Assembly: GCF_009914755.1 (NCBI RefSeq)
Contig: NC_060931.1
Length of the DNA: 64,000 nt
Strand: one strand, 5' to 3'
Source: the human T2T-CHM13v2.0 reference genome, Homo sapiens
Positions within the stretch are counted from its first letter, which is position 1, and every line of letters begins with the position of its first letter. The notes under the pieces were generated by a model that did not search any database, was not told the origin of the DNA, and was given only the letters and a program-made list of their open reading frames with translations. Positions 25,889 to 39,899 of the stretch are shown one piece after another. The translations under genes and the position numbers were made by a program.

Positions 25889-27944
25889 TTTTTTTTATTA
25901 TATTTTAAGTTCTGGGATATATGTGCAGAATGTGCAGGTTTGTTACATAGGTATACACGTGCTATGGTGGTTTGCTGCACCCTTCAACCCATCATCTACA
26001 TTAGGTATTTCTCCTAATGCTATCCCTCCCCTAACCCCCCCACCCCGACAGGCCCTGGTGTGTGATGTTCCCCTCCCTGTGTCCATGTGTTCTCATTGTT
26101 CAACTCCCGCTTATGAGTGAGAACATGAGTGTTTGGTTTTCTGTTCCTGTGTTAGTTTGCTGAGAATGATGGCTTCCAGCTTCATCCATGTCCCTGCAAA
26201 GGACATGAACTCATCATTTTTTATGAGTGCATAGTATTCCATGGTGTATATGTGCCACATTTTCTTTATCCAGTCTATCATTGATGGGCATTTGGGTTGA
26301 TTCCAAGTCTTTGCTATTGTGAACAGTGCTGCAATAAACATATGTGTGCATGTGTCTTTACAGTAGAATGATTTATAATCCTTTGGGTATATACTCAGTA
26401 ATGGGATCACTGGATCAAATGGTATTTCTGGTTCTAGATCCTTAAGGAATTGCCACACTGTCTTCCACAATGGTTGAACTAATTTACACTCCCACCAACA
26501 GTGTAAAAGCATTCCTGTTTCTCCACATCCTCTCCAGCATCTGTTGTTTCCTGACTTTTTAATGATTGCCATTCTAACTGGTGTGAGATGGCATCTCATT
26601 GTGGTTTTGATTTGCATTTCTCTAATGAACAGTGATGATGAGCTTTTTTTTCATATGTTTGTTGGCCTCATAAATGTCTTCTTTTGAGAAAATGTCTGTT
26701 CATATCCTTTGTCCACTTTTTGATGGGGTTGTTTTTTTCTTGTAAATTTGTTTTAAGTTCCCTGTAGATTCTGGATATTAGCCCTTTGTCAGATGGATAG
26801 ATTGCAAAAATTTTCTCCCATTCTGTAGGTTGCCCGTTCACTGATGATAGTTTCTTTTGCTGTGCAGAAGCTCTTTAATTTTATTCCATTTGTCAATTTT
26901 GGCTTTTGTTGCCGTTGCTTTTGGTGTTTTAGTCATGAAGTCTTTGCCCATGCTTGTGTCCTGAATGGTACTGCCTAAGTTTTTTTCTAGGGTTTTTATG
27001 GTTTTAGGTCTTATGTTTAAGTCTTTAATCCAGCTTGAATTACTTTTTGTATAAGGTATAAGGAAGGGGTCCAGTTTCAGTTTTCTGCATATGGCTAGCC
27101 AGTTTTCCCAACATCATTTATTAAATAGGGTATCATTTCCCCATTTCTTGTTTTTGTCAGGTTTGTCAAAGATCAGATGGTTGTAGATATGTGTCATTCT
27201 TTCTTGTTTTTTTTTCCTTTTTGTGAAGGAGTTTCGCTCTTGTTGCCCAGGCTGGAGTGCAATGGCACATCTTGGCTCACCACAACCTCCGCCTCCCAGG
27301 TTCAAGCGATTCTCCTGCCTCAGCCAAGTACTACTCCCAACCCGAGTGGCTGGGATTACAGGCATGGGCCACCACGCCCAGCTAATTTTATATTTTTAGT
27401 AGAGACGGGGTTACTCCATGTTGGTCAGACTGGTCTCAAACTCCTGACCTTAGGTGACCTGCCCACCTCGGCCTCCTGAAGTGTTGGGATTACAGGTGTG
27501 AGCCACCGTGCCCAGCCATGTGGCATTATTTCTGAGGCCTCTGTTCTGTTCCATTGGTCTATATATTTGTTTTGGTACCAGTACCATGCTGTTTTGGTTA
27601 CTGTAGCCTTGTAGTATAGTTTAAAGTCAGGTAGCATGATGCCTCCAGCTTTGTTCTTTTTGCTTAGGATTGTCTTGGCTATACAGACTCTTTTTTGGTT
27701 CCATATGAAATTTAAAGTAGTTTTTTCTAATTCTGTGAAGAAAGTCAATGGTAGCTGGATGGGGATAGCATTGAATATATAAATTACTTTAGGCAGTATG
27801 GCGATTTTCACAATATTGATTCTTTGTGTCCATGAGCATGGAATGTTTTTCCATTTGTTTATGTCCTCTCTTATTTCCTTGAGCACTGGTTTGTGGTTCT
27901 CCTTAAAGAGGTCCTTCACATCCCTTTTGGGTTGTATTCCTAGG
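25889..27944 (-). mobile_element. 5'-truncated L1PA (L1PA7/8-like), interrupted by an Alu
   Basis: ORF2 C-terminal peptides ([19 protein letters not shown]...[13 protein letters not shown]; [14 protein letters not shown]). TSD acctccgttaa (25878-25888) / acctctgttaa (27945-27955). Confidence 0.96.
27205..27517 (-). mobile_element. AluSp/Sq-like element inserted into L1 ORF2
   Basis: Diagnostic gagtttcgctcttgttgcccagg...gcaatggc. TSD atgtgtcattctttct / atgtggcattatttct. Carries a short internal insertion (aagtactactcccaa). Confidence 0.93.
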
Positions 27945-28894
27945 ACCTCTGTTAAACTTTTAATGCCTTGCTGGTTCACCATGTCATCCTTCTGCATTTC
28001 TGGGCTTTATGGACCCCACATTTGGACTTCTCTGTGAATCTATACTAAATTTTAAAGGAAACGAAAAAAAAAAAACCAAAACCAAAAACAAAAAACACTT
28101 AACAAAAAAACCCCACCACTGTAATTAGGTTAAATCTGGCAGGTCAAAAAACAGAACACCAACAACTACACATGCTTCATAGCCAGATCCAAGCTTCTTT
28201 TTAATTATGGGCAGTTTGGGGTGAATTATACAACTCCATTAAAATTAACCAGAATCCACTGAAAATTTTTTCCTCACATTTATCTACTTCTAAACATTCT
28301 GGTTTTTAAGTTTTAATATCCATTCCTAAACTTAATATTTTCCCCTAATGTTACTTATTCTGGAAAATTATTCCAATAAAGTAAAAACTCTTAACAGATT
28401 TATTAAAGATAGTACCATAAATCATATTAAGTCTCACACTCTAAAAATATGATTGCTATCATGCATGGATTTAATATGTGGGAAATTTATCAAAACAGTT
28501 CTTTTGCCTTGATAATTCAAGATAACTACAACTATTCACAGGCTTTTTTAAGCCAGCTTATTGCTATTAAATCCACATACTTGGACAACTTCACTCTTTT
28601 CTTCCTATTGAAAAAGAAAATGGAGTTCCACAATCCCCAACTTTCTTTATATCTGTTGCTTGTATTTTTGTAATAAAATAAAAGAGCAGTGAACCAAAAA
28701 TGGCATGTCCCTAAAGTCAAATACAAACACAGAGCTGTTTCATACTATGACCATTTCAGTTGTGTTTCTGAAACATTACTTTAAAAATATTTCCCATTAT
28801 AATTAATATATTTAGTGAAAAAATTACATTGCTTACCACTACCTGGAATCAATAGTAATTTTAGTAACTCCAGTTCTTACTGCATTTATAGTTT

Positions 28895-28897
<3 letters not shown>

Positions 28898-28944
<47 letters not shown>
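28898..28944. repeat. (AT)n microsatellite, ~23 perfect units
   Basis: Read directly from the sequence. Confidence 0.98.
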
Positions 28945-28952
<8 letters not shown>

Positions 28953-29954
28953 TATAGTAATTTCCAAAAGAGAAAAAATTCTGACGGGGGCATAACTGGA
29001 GAATAAAGTGATCCTAAAATACTGCTGAAACAAAAAGTCATCTGCCCCCTGGACCGTTGTCTTAGAAGTTACCTAACAACCCTGGCAGTATGCCCTGTTG
29101 CTTCATCTCACTGAAACCGTTTTCAAGCACTCTTTGCATGACACAATTTAAAAATAACATCTAACCCACCCAAGTTGCTTTCCTCAGAGTTATACTGCTC
29201 TCTTCAAAATATTAAGACTCACTGATGCCACCTGCAGCAACTGGACTCCAGGCCTCAGTTTCAATGGATGCTCAAGATACGAAAGGTGAGCTCACTGAAG
29301 CCACTACTAATTGTCCTAAATGATAAACCTTGGAGAAAAAAGGACTCATTTCAATCGGTAGTTTTTAAAACATGGAATTTTAAAGAGATGTGTAATAGTC
29401 CATAGAGCAGAACATTTTCACATAAATTTTAATGTATATACTTGCATATTCTTAAAAAATGGTATTAGGTAGAAGTGACTCCTCCAGGTTCAAGGAAATA
29501 ATCCTTTTTAATTTTTAAGGTGCCATTATTATTAACTTCATTCAGGAAATGGAGCATATTAGAGACTTCTCAGACATTCACAAAGGGCATCAAGGGACAT
29601 CAGAGTCCTAAGGGTGCCTGTAGGATACTCTCTTTTTTGGCTCCAGTGCTGGCTAGCCATCCACATCCTACAGACCTAGTACTCCATGGAAGACATCTGG
29701 GGAAATATTGCTCTTCCCAAAACTATGAAATTTTGTCTGACTTAAATTATGTCTGATTAATGGTTAGTAAACATTGTACTAAAAATTAACAGTTATATTA
29801 GTCACAATGGGTAGGAAATGCATTTTGAATCAATGGTTGTAAACATTAATCTTAGAAATGCTAGACTATAATATTTATGATGCTTTTTTTTGTCTACAAT
29901 GACTCCCTCTGGAATTGCCCCAAATCAAATAATAGTCACTTTGGTGGGCAATAA

Positions 29955-30283
<329 letters not shown>

Positions 30284-30477
30284 TAACAAATGAGTTTCAT
30301 ATACAACAACTGAGCTAAGCATGAATTAAAATCCCTGGTATTTGGCTAGAGGTAAACAATCTGTAATGTATTTATATAAATCAATAAGGAATGGGGCTAG
30401 GCTACCTAGAACCCTTACACTTGCAAAACAAAAGAGCCAGACAGGTCTGAACACTTGAATGTAAAAACTGGAAAATA

Positions 30478-30902
<425 letters not shown>

Positions 30903-32069
30903 TTAAAAATTTTTGCTAATCTGTAACCTGACAAAAATACCATTTCAAGAATTACATGACAGCAGTTCCATAAGAAAAATGTAATCACAATGTATTGAAT
31001 ATGAACAAAATATCTCAGATGACTTTTAAAGGAAAGGAAAATTACCATTAAATATTTATCCATTAGAGCTTAGCATAATGTGATCCAAGTGAATGTTCAA
31101 AAAGTCAAAGTGCAAACTGGTTATTGGCATTAACTAAGGCTATGCCTTCAGTTTAGCTGTGCAAAATGCAATCCAAAAAAGGCAGATAGGTCGTTATCAT
31201 TTCACAATTAAGTTGGCCAAGCCCCTAACTCTCCCACAAAGTAAGTTCTCTTGCTGTCTCTATTGTCCTGACCCGCCAGCTGCAGGGCAGAGAACAAGGC
31301 TTGCAGTCCAGCACAGCACTCAGTTTTCCAGCTGTCCTAGTGATGTAATTATCTAATAACAAAATATCTCTCTGAATTAACTCTGCATCCTACCCATTGT
31401 AATTCTTAATGACTACTTCCTGTTCATGTTCTCAATTTAACTTGCTCTTCTGGAACTATTGCATAGGCAAGTTGCCTTCATCTAATGGATGGGATTACAT
31501 CCAATAGGTTTGGGATTTCCAAAGATTACAATTTACAAAGGTCTCCCAAACAACATGCTTTGTAAACACAAGCCCTGCCTTTCTATTGTGGTTACAATAA
31601 AAGGGAAATCTGTCTTATTTGCTGTGATTAAACTTTGACCCATTCACAGGAAGTTCTATGAGGATTTTTTTCCGGTCACTTTTTTTTCCCCCATTCTCTT
31701 CAATGTTTGGACATCAAATAGTTCAAGAGCTGAGAGATGTCTGGCACAGCTACCTAAGGGCCACAACAAAATTCTGCTTGAACTAGAGCCAGTATTTGGA
31801 ATCGAGAAGAATTTTTAAAAATATCTAATCTCCTCCTCTTAAGTGCATGAAGCATATTCTGTGACTATGTCTTGTATGCACCAAATTTATGTTCACACAT
31901 CTCACTAGCCCTACACTACGGATATGGGCCACTGTATTCTCTTTTTTGCTCATTAAATATGGACTCTGTGTGCACTTATTCTCAACCAGCACCAAATGGT
32001 ATAGCTCCAGGAGTATTTGCCACCAACAATAATGTGCATGCTGCTAGAAGCAAATTGCGATTTCAGCAG

Positions 32070-32200
32070 CACCCATAAACATTTACCAGCACCTACCATG
32101 TGCAGGCACTATACTCAGTTTTAGAGTTTCCAATAGATATGACAGATATTGTTTTTAAAAGCTTTACTATCTAGTTGTGGGAAAGAAGACTTACAAGTAA
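32070..32200 (-). mobile_element. L2 3'-end fragment
   Basis: aaacatttaccagcacctaccatgtgcaggcactatact. Confidence 0.55.
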
Positions 32201-32329
32201 AAATGCAGGTAATGATGTATGGCTATGTATTAGTACCAAATAAATTCTATAAACACTATGTACAACTTTATATATCACATCAAGTAAATTTATTCTACAT
32301 CCTATTAGGTAAACCACAGATGGTCTCTG

Positions 32330-32820
32330 CCTTTCCATCCATTTACCTCTCCTGGAAGCCACACCCTTATTTTCTGTTGAGGAACTACTCCTGTCCTAGA
32401 ATCTGGCAATCTGGTTTTAACAGCAGGGGCCCACGGATGGCATGTGAACAACCCTGGATTGAGTGATGATGAATGATTCAGAGGTGGACAGGAGCATAAT
32501 AATCAGTCTCAGAAATTTTGCTAGGACTTCTGGGAGAGTAAAACTCTACACTGGGATTATGAAACTGGCAAAGTCTCAGCCTGCAGCTACTGATGGCTGT
32601 CTTTGCCACCATTTTAGTGAACCTACTATGGGATGCAGAAGAGGGCCAGAACAAGGGACAGTGGGCAAGAGATTCCGGAAGACATTATTTCCACACCTGG
32701 GCCCAGTGTGTTTGATCTACCCCTGGATTTATTAATTATGTGAGTCACTAAAGTCAGTGTTTTGCTTATCCAGCTTGAGTTGGGTTTTTATTACTTGCAA
32801 CAAAAAATTGTCCTAAGACA
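32330..32820 (+). mobile_element. MLT1 (ERVL-MaLR) solo LTR relic
   Basis: 3' end tatgtgagtc..ttttgcttatccagcttgagttgggtttttattacttgcaac..tcctaa is typical of MLT1. Confidence 0.7.
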
Positions 32821-34719
32821 TCTATAAATATTTTGAAATGATTAAATGACTTAAAAATGTCAATATCTGGCCTCAAATACGTCTTACAGAGTAGACACAA
32901 TGAGTGAAGCTCAAGCACAAAAGAAGTAGCAGTGTCCTCAAAGTGACTGTCCCAGTTCTCTGACTTGGCTGGGAATCTATTCACCTTAAATGGCTCCTCC
33001 ATTCGCATGTCCACTGGGCAAAAGTAGCCGACAGCAGAGAACCAGATCAATCCATCCTTCCCAAGGAGCCAGGCAGCTTCCTCTCAGACCCTACTTGAGG
33101 TTCCTGATCTGACCATAGAGACACTGGATGGAGGAAAGCACAGAAGGAAGAAGACAGATGGACAAGTTTATCACAAACAGGAATGTAAAACATAGAGTAG
33201 AAAAGAACTCAATGGTAAGAGGAAGCAAGGAGAAAAAAGAACTTAAAAATAATACAAAGATACAGGGTTCAATTAATTTAAAGGTTGAATCCAGTGTGCA
33301 AGGTGTGTTCTCCTGAAGCCTTCAATTAAACAACCCCTTTCCCACTAGCTGTTGCTGAAAAGTGGAAAAGGACAGGGATGTCAAACCAACTCTAAAGCAC
33401 AGAAATCCTTTGTATTTAAACTGTTAAGTTTATGGCTGCTATTATCTGACAAGGGAAGGCAAAATCAACATTGCTTATTTACTAAATCATTTTATTCCTA
33501 CAGCCTTTAAGAGAGTATTCATAAGAAAGTTTCATTGTTTATCTTCTTTCCAACTTTAGAGTTGCTATTAATCTAGTTTCAGCTTCTATCTATATAGACC
33601 TGGCACTGTGGCTCTAGGAGTTAATATCTTCTGAATCTGTTAACCAAAAAATGTTTTACATGTGGAATGGGAATCCCCTAAACTGGGCAAGTTTACAAGA
33701 TGTGACTCTTGCACTATAGTAAATTTTGAAAATAGAGCAAACAGTAAAACTATGTATATGGAAACACATTCCTACCACACGATCAGCAACAGAACTGATG
33801 TACTACTAGCTGGGCCTGAAACAAGCTATTTAGGATGGCTTAATGGGTATATGGGATGCCTATGTACCCCTCTCCTCATTCCAGATCAATTCCTGAACTG
33901 GACATTAAATAATAGAATTCAGCTTCTTCCATAGTCCTACATACAGCAAGCACTACAGGCACTTCTACGTCATCAAACACAATTATTCAAACTGCTAATG
34001 CATTTTATCTGAATGAAAGGCAGAGAAAAGAGTAAGGCTGTAGCATCACTCTGTTATGCTAACTACATGCTATTATGGGAAAAAAAAAAGCTTTAGAGCT
34101 GCCACAAAGAAGGCATATCATAAAATGCGATTTGTTGTCTTGCAGGGAAGAGAATGGTAGCAGGGGCAAAATCCTACTTGGAATTAAGTGAACTCCAAGT
34201 CACTAACCATGTGGATCATTATCTCCCCAAAGACAAGAGAAAGATAACAGCTAAACAATAGCTGTTTTCTGTAGGCAGCTAAACAATAATCAGTTGATAA
34301 TTTTGGTGAGTCCAGTTCCAATACAAAATAGATTTGGAAGTTCAAAGAGAACACAGCCAACTCTACAAAAAGAAGCGACCTGCCAATGGAGAAAATTAGG
34401 AACTATTAGGTCTAGATTAGTATAAAGAACAATTCACCAACCTCAGCTATAGATCAGGAACAGGGCACTGTTTACCTCTTGAGGTCTCCACCTAGACATG
34501 ATGAACTTTTAGTCTTTCCTTAACAGTTACCTTCAATCAGCCACTCCAAAAACATAAATATGATGGACAAAATAAGGGCCTAACAAGAGTGAATGGACTG
34601 AGAGACCCCAAAACCTGTGGCTTTTGGTGAGAGGATGGGGTGAGGGGAACTCAAGTCGCAAGCCCTACTGGCAGGTCAGAGATGACAGAGTAGCAAACTA
34701 AAGATAGCCTTAAACTAGT

Positions 34720-34823
34720 GGTGCCTCTTTGCGTTTTGCTTATTCTTTTCTTTCAATTCTCAGTGGCACCCACAGCCATGTCTGATACATAGGTGTTCAA
34801 TAAATATTTATTGAATAAATGAA
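34720..34823 (+). mobile_element. L2 3' terminus
   Basis: acataggtgttcaataaatatttattgaataaatgaa. Confidence 0.7.
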
Positions 34824-34959
34824 ATTTTTCTAAATTATAACTTAGGGAAAAGTCAAAGTAAAATAAAGTAAAAGTGAGGATACTTCAAGATGTCATTAGG
34901 AAAGCGTGGCATTCTGAGTAAGCCAGATTTTGTAACTGCTGTTAAACGAAGACTCAAAC

Positions 34960-35705
34960 ACTAAAATATTGCATTTACTAGTTAATTAAAAAATCTTAAC
35001 AACTGTATGAGATGGTACTCATTTTAGAGACGAAGAAATAGACACAAATGTTCACTGAATGATGACGCAGTGAAGGTAAACAAATATTCACTGCGGCATC
35101 ATTCGTGATAGCCCAAAACTGTAAATAACCCAAATGTCCATCAACTGATGAATGCATAAACAAGGTGTGGTATATCCATACAATGGAATACTATTTAGTA
35201 ATAGAAAGAAATGAAGAACAAATACATGCAATGACATGGATAAACCTTAAAGGGATTATGCTAAGAGAAAGAAGCCAGTCACAAAAGACTATGTATTCCA
35301 TTATTTCATTTATATGAAATATTCAGAGCAGGTAGATCTATAGAAATCGAAAGTGGATTTGTGGTTGCCTGGGACAATGAGCAGTGGGAGAGTGTGGAGG
35401 AATGGGGACTGATAATGTGTACTGGGTTTCTTCTTGGAGTGATGAAAATTTCCTAAATTTAGATCATGGTGATAGCTGTGCAACTCAGTAAGTATACTGA
35501 CCTGAAGTCTTACACAGGTGCATTTTATGGTATGTAAATTACATCTCAATAAAGCTGTTTAAAAACAAAAAATGGACAGCAACAGTGGTAGAGAGGTTTA
35601 ATACTTTGCCTAAAGTACAAAGACAGTAAGTAGTGGAGATGGGCTTTGAAATCAGACTGTCTGGCTCCAGAATCTGATTTTCTAACCACTCTGTTATTCT
35701 GCCTC
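34960..35705 (-). mobile_element. MIR split in two by an L1MB insertion
   Basis: cattttagagacgaagaaatag at ~35020 resumes as gagaggtttaatactttgcctaaagtac..ctggctccaga at ~35590. Confidence 0.7.
35075..35570 (+). mobile_element. L1MB-type 3' end
   Basis: cccaaatgtccatcaactgatgaatg...tatccatacaatggaata...atctcaataaagctgttt. Confidence 0.88.
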
Positions 35706-36599
35706 TGAATGCAGCACACCATTTGGAGCTGCAGTGAAGCAGAGGTCAGTGATGGGGAGACTTTGTGACAAATGAGATACCCTGCTGACAGGCATTGTGG
35801 GAATGCCAAAGCCAAAATGTTTTTGGTAAATTAAAAGATCCCAATACATACTTTACATGGTGGGCTGAAAAAAAGAAGTTCAGAAAATTCACAGGAAAAA
35901 TGTTAAAAAGCGAAGACTGCTGATATCCCAAACCCTCTTACATTTTTCCCTTGACTAGTTAGAAAAAAGGCACACTTCAATTCACCCGACAGAGCTTGAA
36001 AAAGAGATTCTGATCTCAGAAATAAGTGAGTTAAGTGTATTTTTAAAAGCAAAGCGAACAGCTCTGGCTTAAGTCAGATAGAGTGTGGAACATTCTGGAC
36101 AACTTTCAACATTTAGTTCTCTGTCCATTTCTGACCTGTGAAAGCCCTGTTCTCCAGCTTTGGGCCTCTCTTGAGGAAAAATGACTAAGCAGCCAAAACT
36201 AGGCAGCCGCCTGTAATGAAGACTGTCTGCTGTGTCTTAGAAGAAAGCCAACCAAGCTTTACCTACACTGTAAGCCAAAAACCTTTCATAATCACATCCT
36301 TAATAGGTGAGTAAATTCATCCCAGCACTAATTCACTCAGGTACTTATGATTAGGTACTGATCTAATAAAACAATCACTGAAGTTAGTTCCTTTTAAGGA
36401 AACTTTTGATCATAAACATAGAAGAAAATGTTAAACCTTAGTAACTTAAAGCAACACAAATGAAAACCTCAGTGAAACACTAAACCTTTCAAACTGGGTT
36501 AAAAACAAACTTGTTTAATGACAAAACTGCACAACACTTGTTTATGAAAATGAGCCCACATCACTGTGGGAATACAAACTGATAAAAACCTTTCTGAAG

Positions 36600-36750
36600 A
36601 ATAATCTGGCTCTGTGTGTGTGTGTGTGTGTATACATATATATATATATATATAAATAATCTGGCTCTGTGTGTGTATATATATTGTATATATACACACA
36701 CATACACATTATATATGATATATAATGTATATGTATATATATATAATGTG
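36600..36750. repeat. Compound (TG)n/(TA)n microsatellite with a duplicated unique flank
   Basis: aataatctggctctgtgtgtgt occurs at 36600 and 36655. Confidence 0.9.
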
Positions 36751-36898
36751 GCTCTTAAAATAATGGTACTGATACATCTTTATTGAAAATGGAAAGACAT
36801 TCACAATATATTATTTTTAAAAATGCAAGTTTCAAAAGAGTGTGTACAGTATGATTCCACATATGTAAACATAATGGTAGAAAGATAAATCAAGATGT

Positions 36899-37205
36899 GG
36901 CTGGGTGCAGTGGCTCACCCCTGTAATCCCAGCACTCTGGGAGGCTGAGGGGGGTGGATCACTTGAGGTCAGGAGTTCGAGATCAGCCTGGCCAACATGG
37001 TGAAACACTCTCCACAAAAAATACAAAAATTAGCTGGGTGTGGTGGCGCATGTCTGTAATCTCAGCTACTCAGGAGGCTGAGGCAGGAGAATCACTTGAA
37101 CCTGGGAGGCGGAGGTTGCCGTGAGCAGAGGTTGTGCCACCACACTCCAACCTGGGCAACAGAGTAAGTGAGACTCCATCACAAAAAAAAAAAAAAAAAA
37201 AAAAA
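36899..37205 (+). mobile_element. AluS (Sx-like) inside an old L1M 3'-UTR relic (~36760-37330)
   Basis: Dimeric Alu with a long A tail. The flanks resemble an L1ME 3' UTR. Confidence 0.92.
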
Positions 37206-38629
37206 ATGTAGCCAGTGGCTATTTCTGGGTGATAAGATTTTGGAATGGTTGTTTTCTGCTATTTGCTCATCTAAACTTTCTACTGTGAGAACCTATTAAT
37301 TTTTAATTAAAAAAATTATTTAAAAAATAAGAATCATAAAAGCCTATTTTTCAATTCAGATTTTTTTCTCCTACCACTCACGTACTTTTCTTCAATCTGT
37401 TCCTCTGAATTAATGAGGAAATCCTAATCATCAATCCTGAAATGCAGTTTTAAAAATCAAACATGTAAAAACATAAATTCTTTTGTATTTAGAATTGTTT
37501 ATGTTTGTCCACTTAGAATATAAATTTTTTGTTTATGTTTTGTTCTCTTAGATTCCTGAAATCTCTACAAATCTTAAAATATTGTTCTAAGAGAAAAAAT
37601 AATATGTATGCATTACTGCCGCATTAAAGTATGTGCTTTTCAATCCCCTCCCAATATGGAGTGACTCTACAAAAAAGAATATGAGAAAAAATTATTTTTC
37701 TGATACTTGGTGAAAAAGGTCAAAGTAACAGACTACCACGAAACAAAAGAGAAACAACGATGGCTCACAAAGTCTTCAGATTACTCTAATGTTTCTTAAA
37801 TAAACCAAGAAAAAAAATCCTACATGGTAGAATTCAGTACCCTTTGTAACGTAACAAGGTGCAAGCAACCAAAATAAAGCTTGGTCAAAAATAAAGATCC
37901 TTATAAAAATTAAAATATAACATCTTATATTTTTAAATTAGATCTATTAGAGCAAAATTTCTGGGAATTATTGTGTTGAGAACTAAGAAAAATGCTAGAA
38001 ATATATTCTAAGATCACCAATGGCAAACTATATTAAAATATTAGAAAACACACTGCAGTTGGAGAAGCTGGAAAAACTGGTATTTCTACCAACTTCTAAA
38101 CTTAAGGATCTAAAATTGGGTTGTTTTGTTCAGGTGCAAACACTTATAAAAATTAAATTATGATTTGCTATATTTCTATAAGTCCATTTTATTTTAGAGT
38201 TTGATCTTTGTTCTAGAAGTATCTCAGATAATAAGGAAAATGTTTCATGGTGTTAACGGTAATGAAAACTGTGGGAGATAATTTGTAAATGTAACTGCAA
38301 GTTTATCTATTTCAAGGCAGACGTTTTCTTTTGCAAAGAACCACAGGAACACCTCATATACTAATAATCTGTTAGTCATCTGGTTGTCCCATGTAAGTGA
38401 ATATTTTAGATAATTGATTCTTACCCATCTTAATTCCCTAAACTATTTTTTAAAATTAAAGTTTTAGTGGAATTCTTGGTAACATGCATTGAACATTTTC
38501 TTGACTTTTTAAGCACAATATTATGTTTAACTGGTAGATGATTCATGGTCATTACTGTTACCATTAAATTATAATCATTTAATTCTGCACCATTATTATG
38601 ATCACTTATTTGAGTGTTTACTAAGTACA

Positions 38630-39640
38630 TGCAGATGAGACCAAAAGATCCACAATGAGGCACATTGTAATTAAACTATGAAAACCAAAGACAAAGAGAG
38701 AATCTTGAAAGCAGCAAGAGAGAAGCAACTCATCACACACAAGGGATCTGCAATAAGATGAACAACTACTTCTCATCAGAAACTATGGAGGGCAGAAGGC
38801 AGTGGGATGGCAATTTGGAAGTGCTGGAAGCAGCCAGGCATGGTGGCTCATGCATGTAATCTCAACACTTTGGGAGGCCTAGGCAAGAGGACCACTTGAA
38901 TCTAGGAGTTTGAGACCTGCCTGGGTAACACAAAGAACCCCCTCATCTCTACAAAAGATTTTTTTTTTTTAAATTAACTGGTCGTGGTGGCACATGCTTG
39001 TAGTCCTAGCTACTCAGGAGGCTGAGACAGAAAGATCATTTGAGCCCAGAAGTTTGAGGCTACAGTGAACTATGACTGCACCACTGCACTCTAGCCTGGA
39101 TGTAAGAGTGACACTCTGTTTCTAATAAATAAATAAAGAAGTGCTGGAAGAAAAAAGAAATCTGTTAACCAAGAATTCTATATCTGGCAGAACCATCCTT
39201 CAAAGATGAAGGCAAAATTAAGACATTCTCAGATAAACAAAAGCTGAGGGAGTTTTTTGCCAATAGATCTGCCCTACAGGAAATGCTAAAGGGAGTCCTT
39301 CAGGCTGAAATAAAAGAACATTAGACAGTAACATGGAGCCATATGAAGAAACAAAGAACACTGGCAAAGGTAACTAACTACATAGGTAAGTGGTTTGTAA
39401 CTTTTAAAATATGATTTAAAAAACAAATGCATAGGACAGTAATTATAAGTCTACGTTAATGGCCACACAACGTATGAACATGTAATTTGTGACAATAACA
39501 ACATGAAGGAGAAAGGACAGAACTGTACAGAAAAAAGTTTTATATACTATTAAAGCTGAAATAGTATCAACTCAAACTGGATTGTTATAAGTTGAAGATG
39601 TTAATTGTAATCTCTGGGGTAACCATTAAAAAATTCTTTG
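38630..39640 (+). mobile_element. Old L1M fragment (ORF1 3' part and inter-ORF region), interrupted by AluJ
   Basis: gacaaagagagaatcttgaaagcagcaagagagaag...ttctcatcagaaactatggag...ccaagaattctatatc...ttaagacattctcagataaacaaaagctgaggg. Confidence 0.85.
38832..39137 (+). mobile_element. AluJ
   Basis: J-type sequence. TSD gaagtgctggaag (38818-38830 / 39138-39150). Confidence 0.93.
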
Positions 39641-39744
39641 TTTTGAAACTGCTCATATCTTGAGGAACATTTTCTTGAATTTACCACTTAAGAGCCCCTA
39701 CAGTGAGCCTGGGACTGTGGCAGGGATTTAATATATGGAAACTT

Positions 39745-39890
39745 ATTGAATCCTTTCAATATCCTTATAAAGTATATACTATTACTCTCATTTTACAGAT
39801 GAAGAAGCTAAGATTCATAGAATAATTTGTTCAAGCATCATAGAACAGAGACAAGAGGCAGAACCAAGATTTAAATTAGAAACCTTCACA
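39745..39890 (-). mobile_element. MIR
   Basis: attactctcattttacagatgaagaagctaagattc. Confidence 0.7.
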
Positions 39891-39899
39891 GGCCTCTCT

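Noticed and set aside
26111-27997. 168-aa and 190-aa ORFs with L1 ORF2-like sequence
   Set aside because: Decayed ORF2 of a 5'-truncated, Alu-interrupted L1; not a gene and not mobile.
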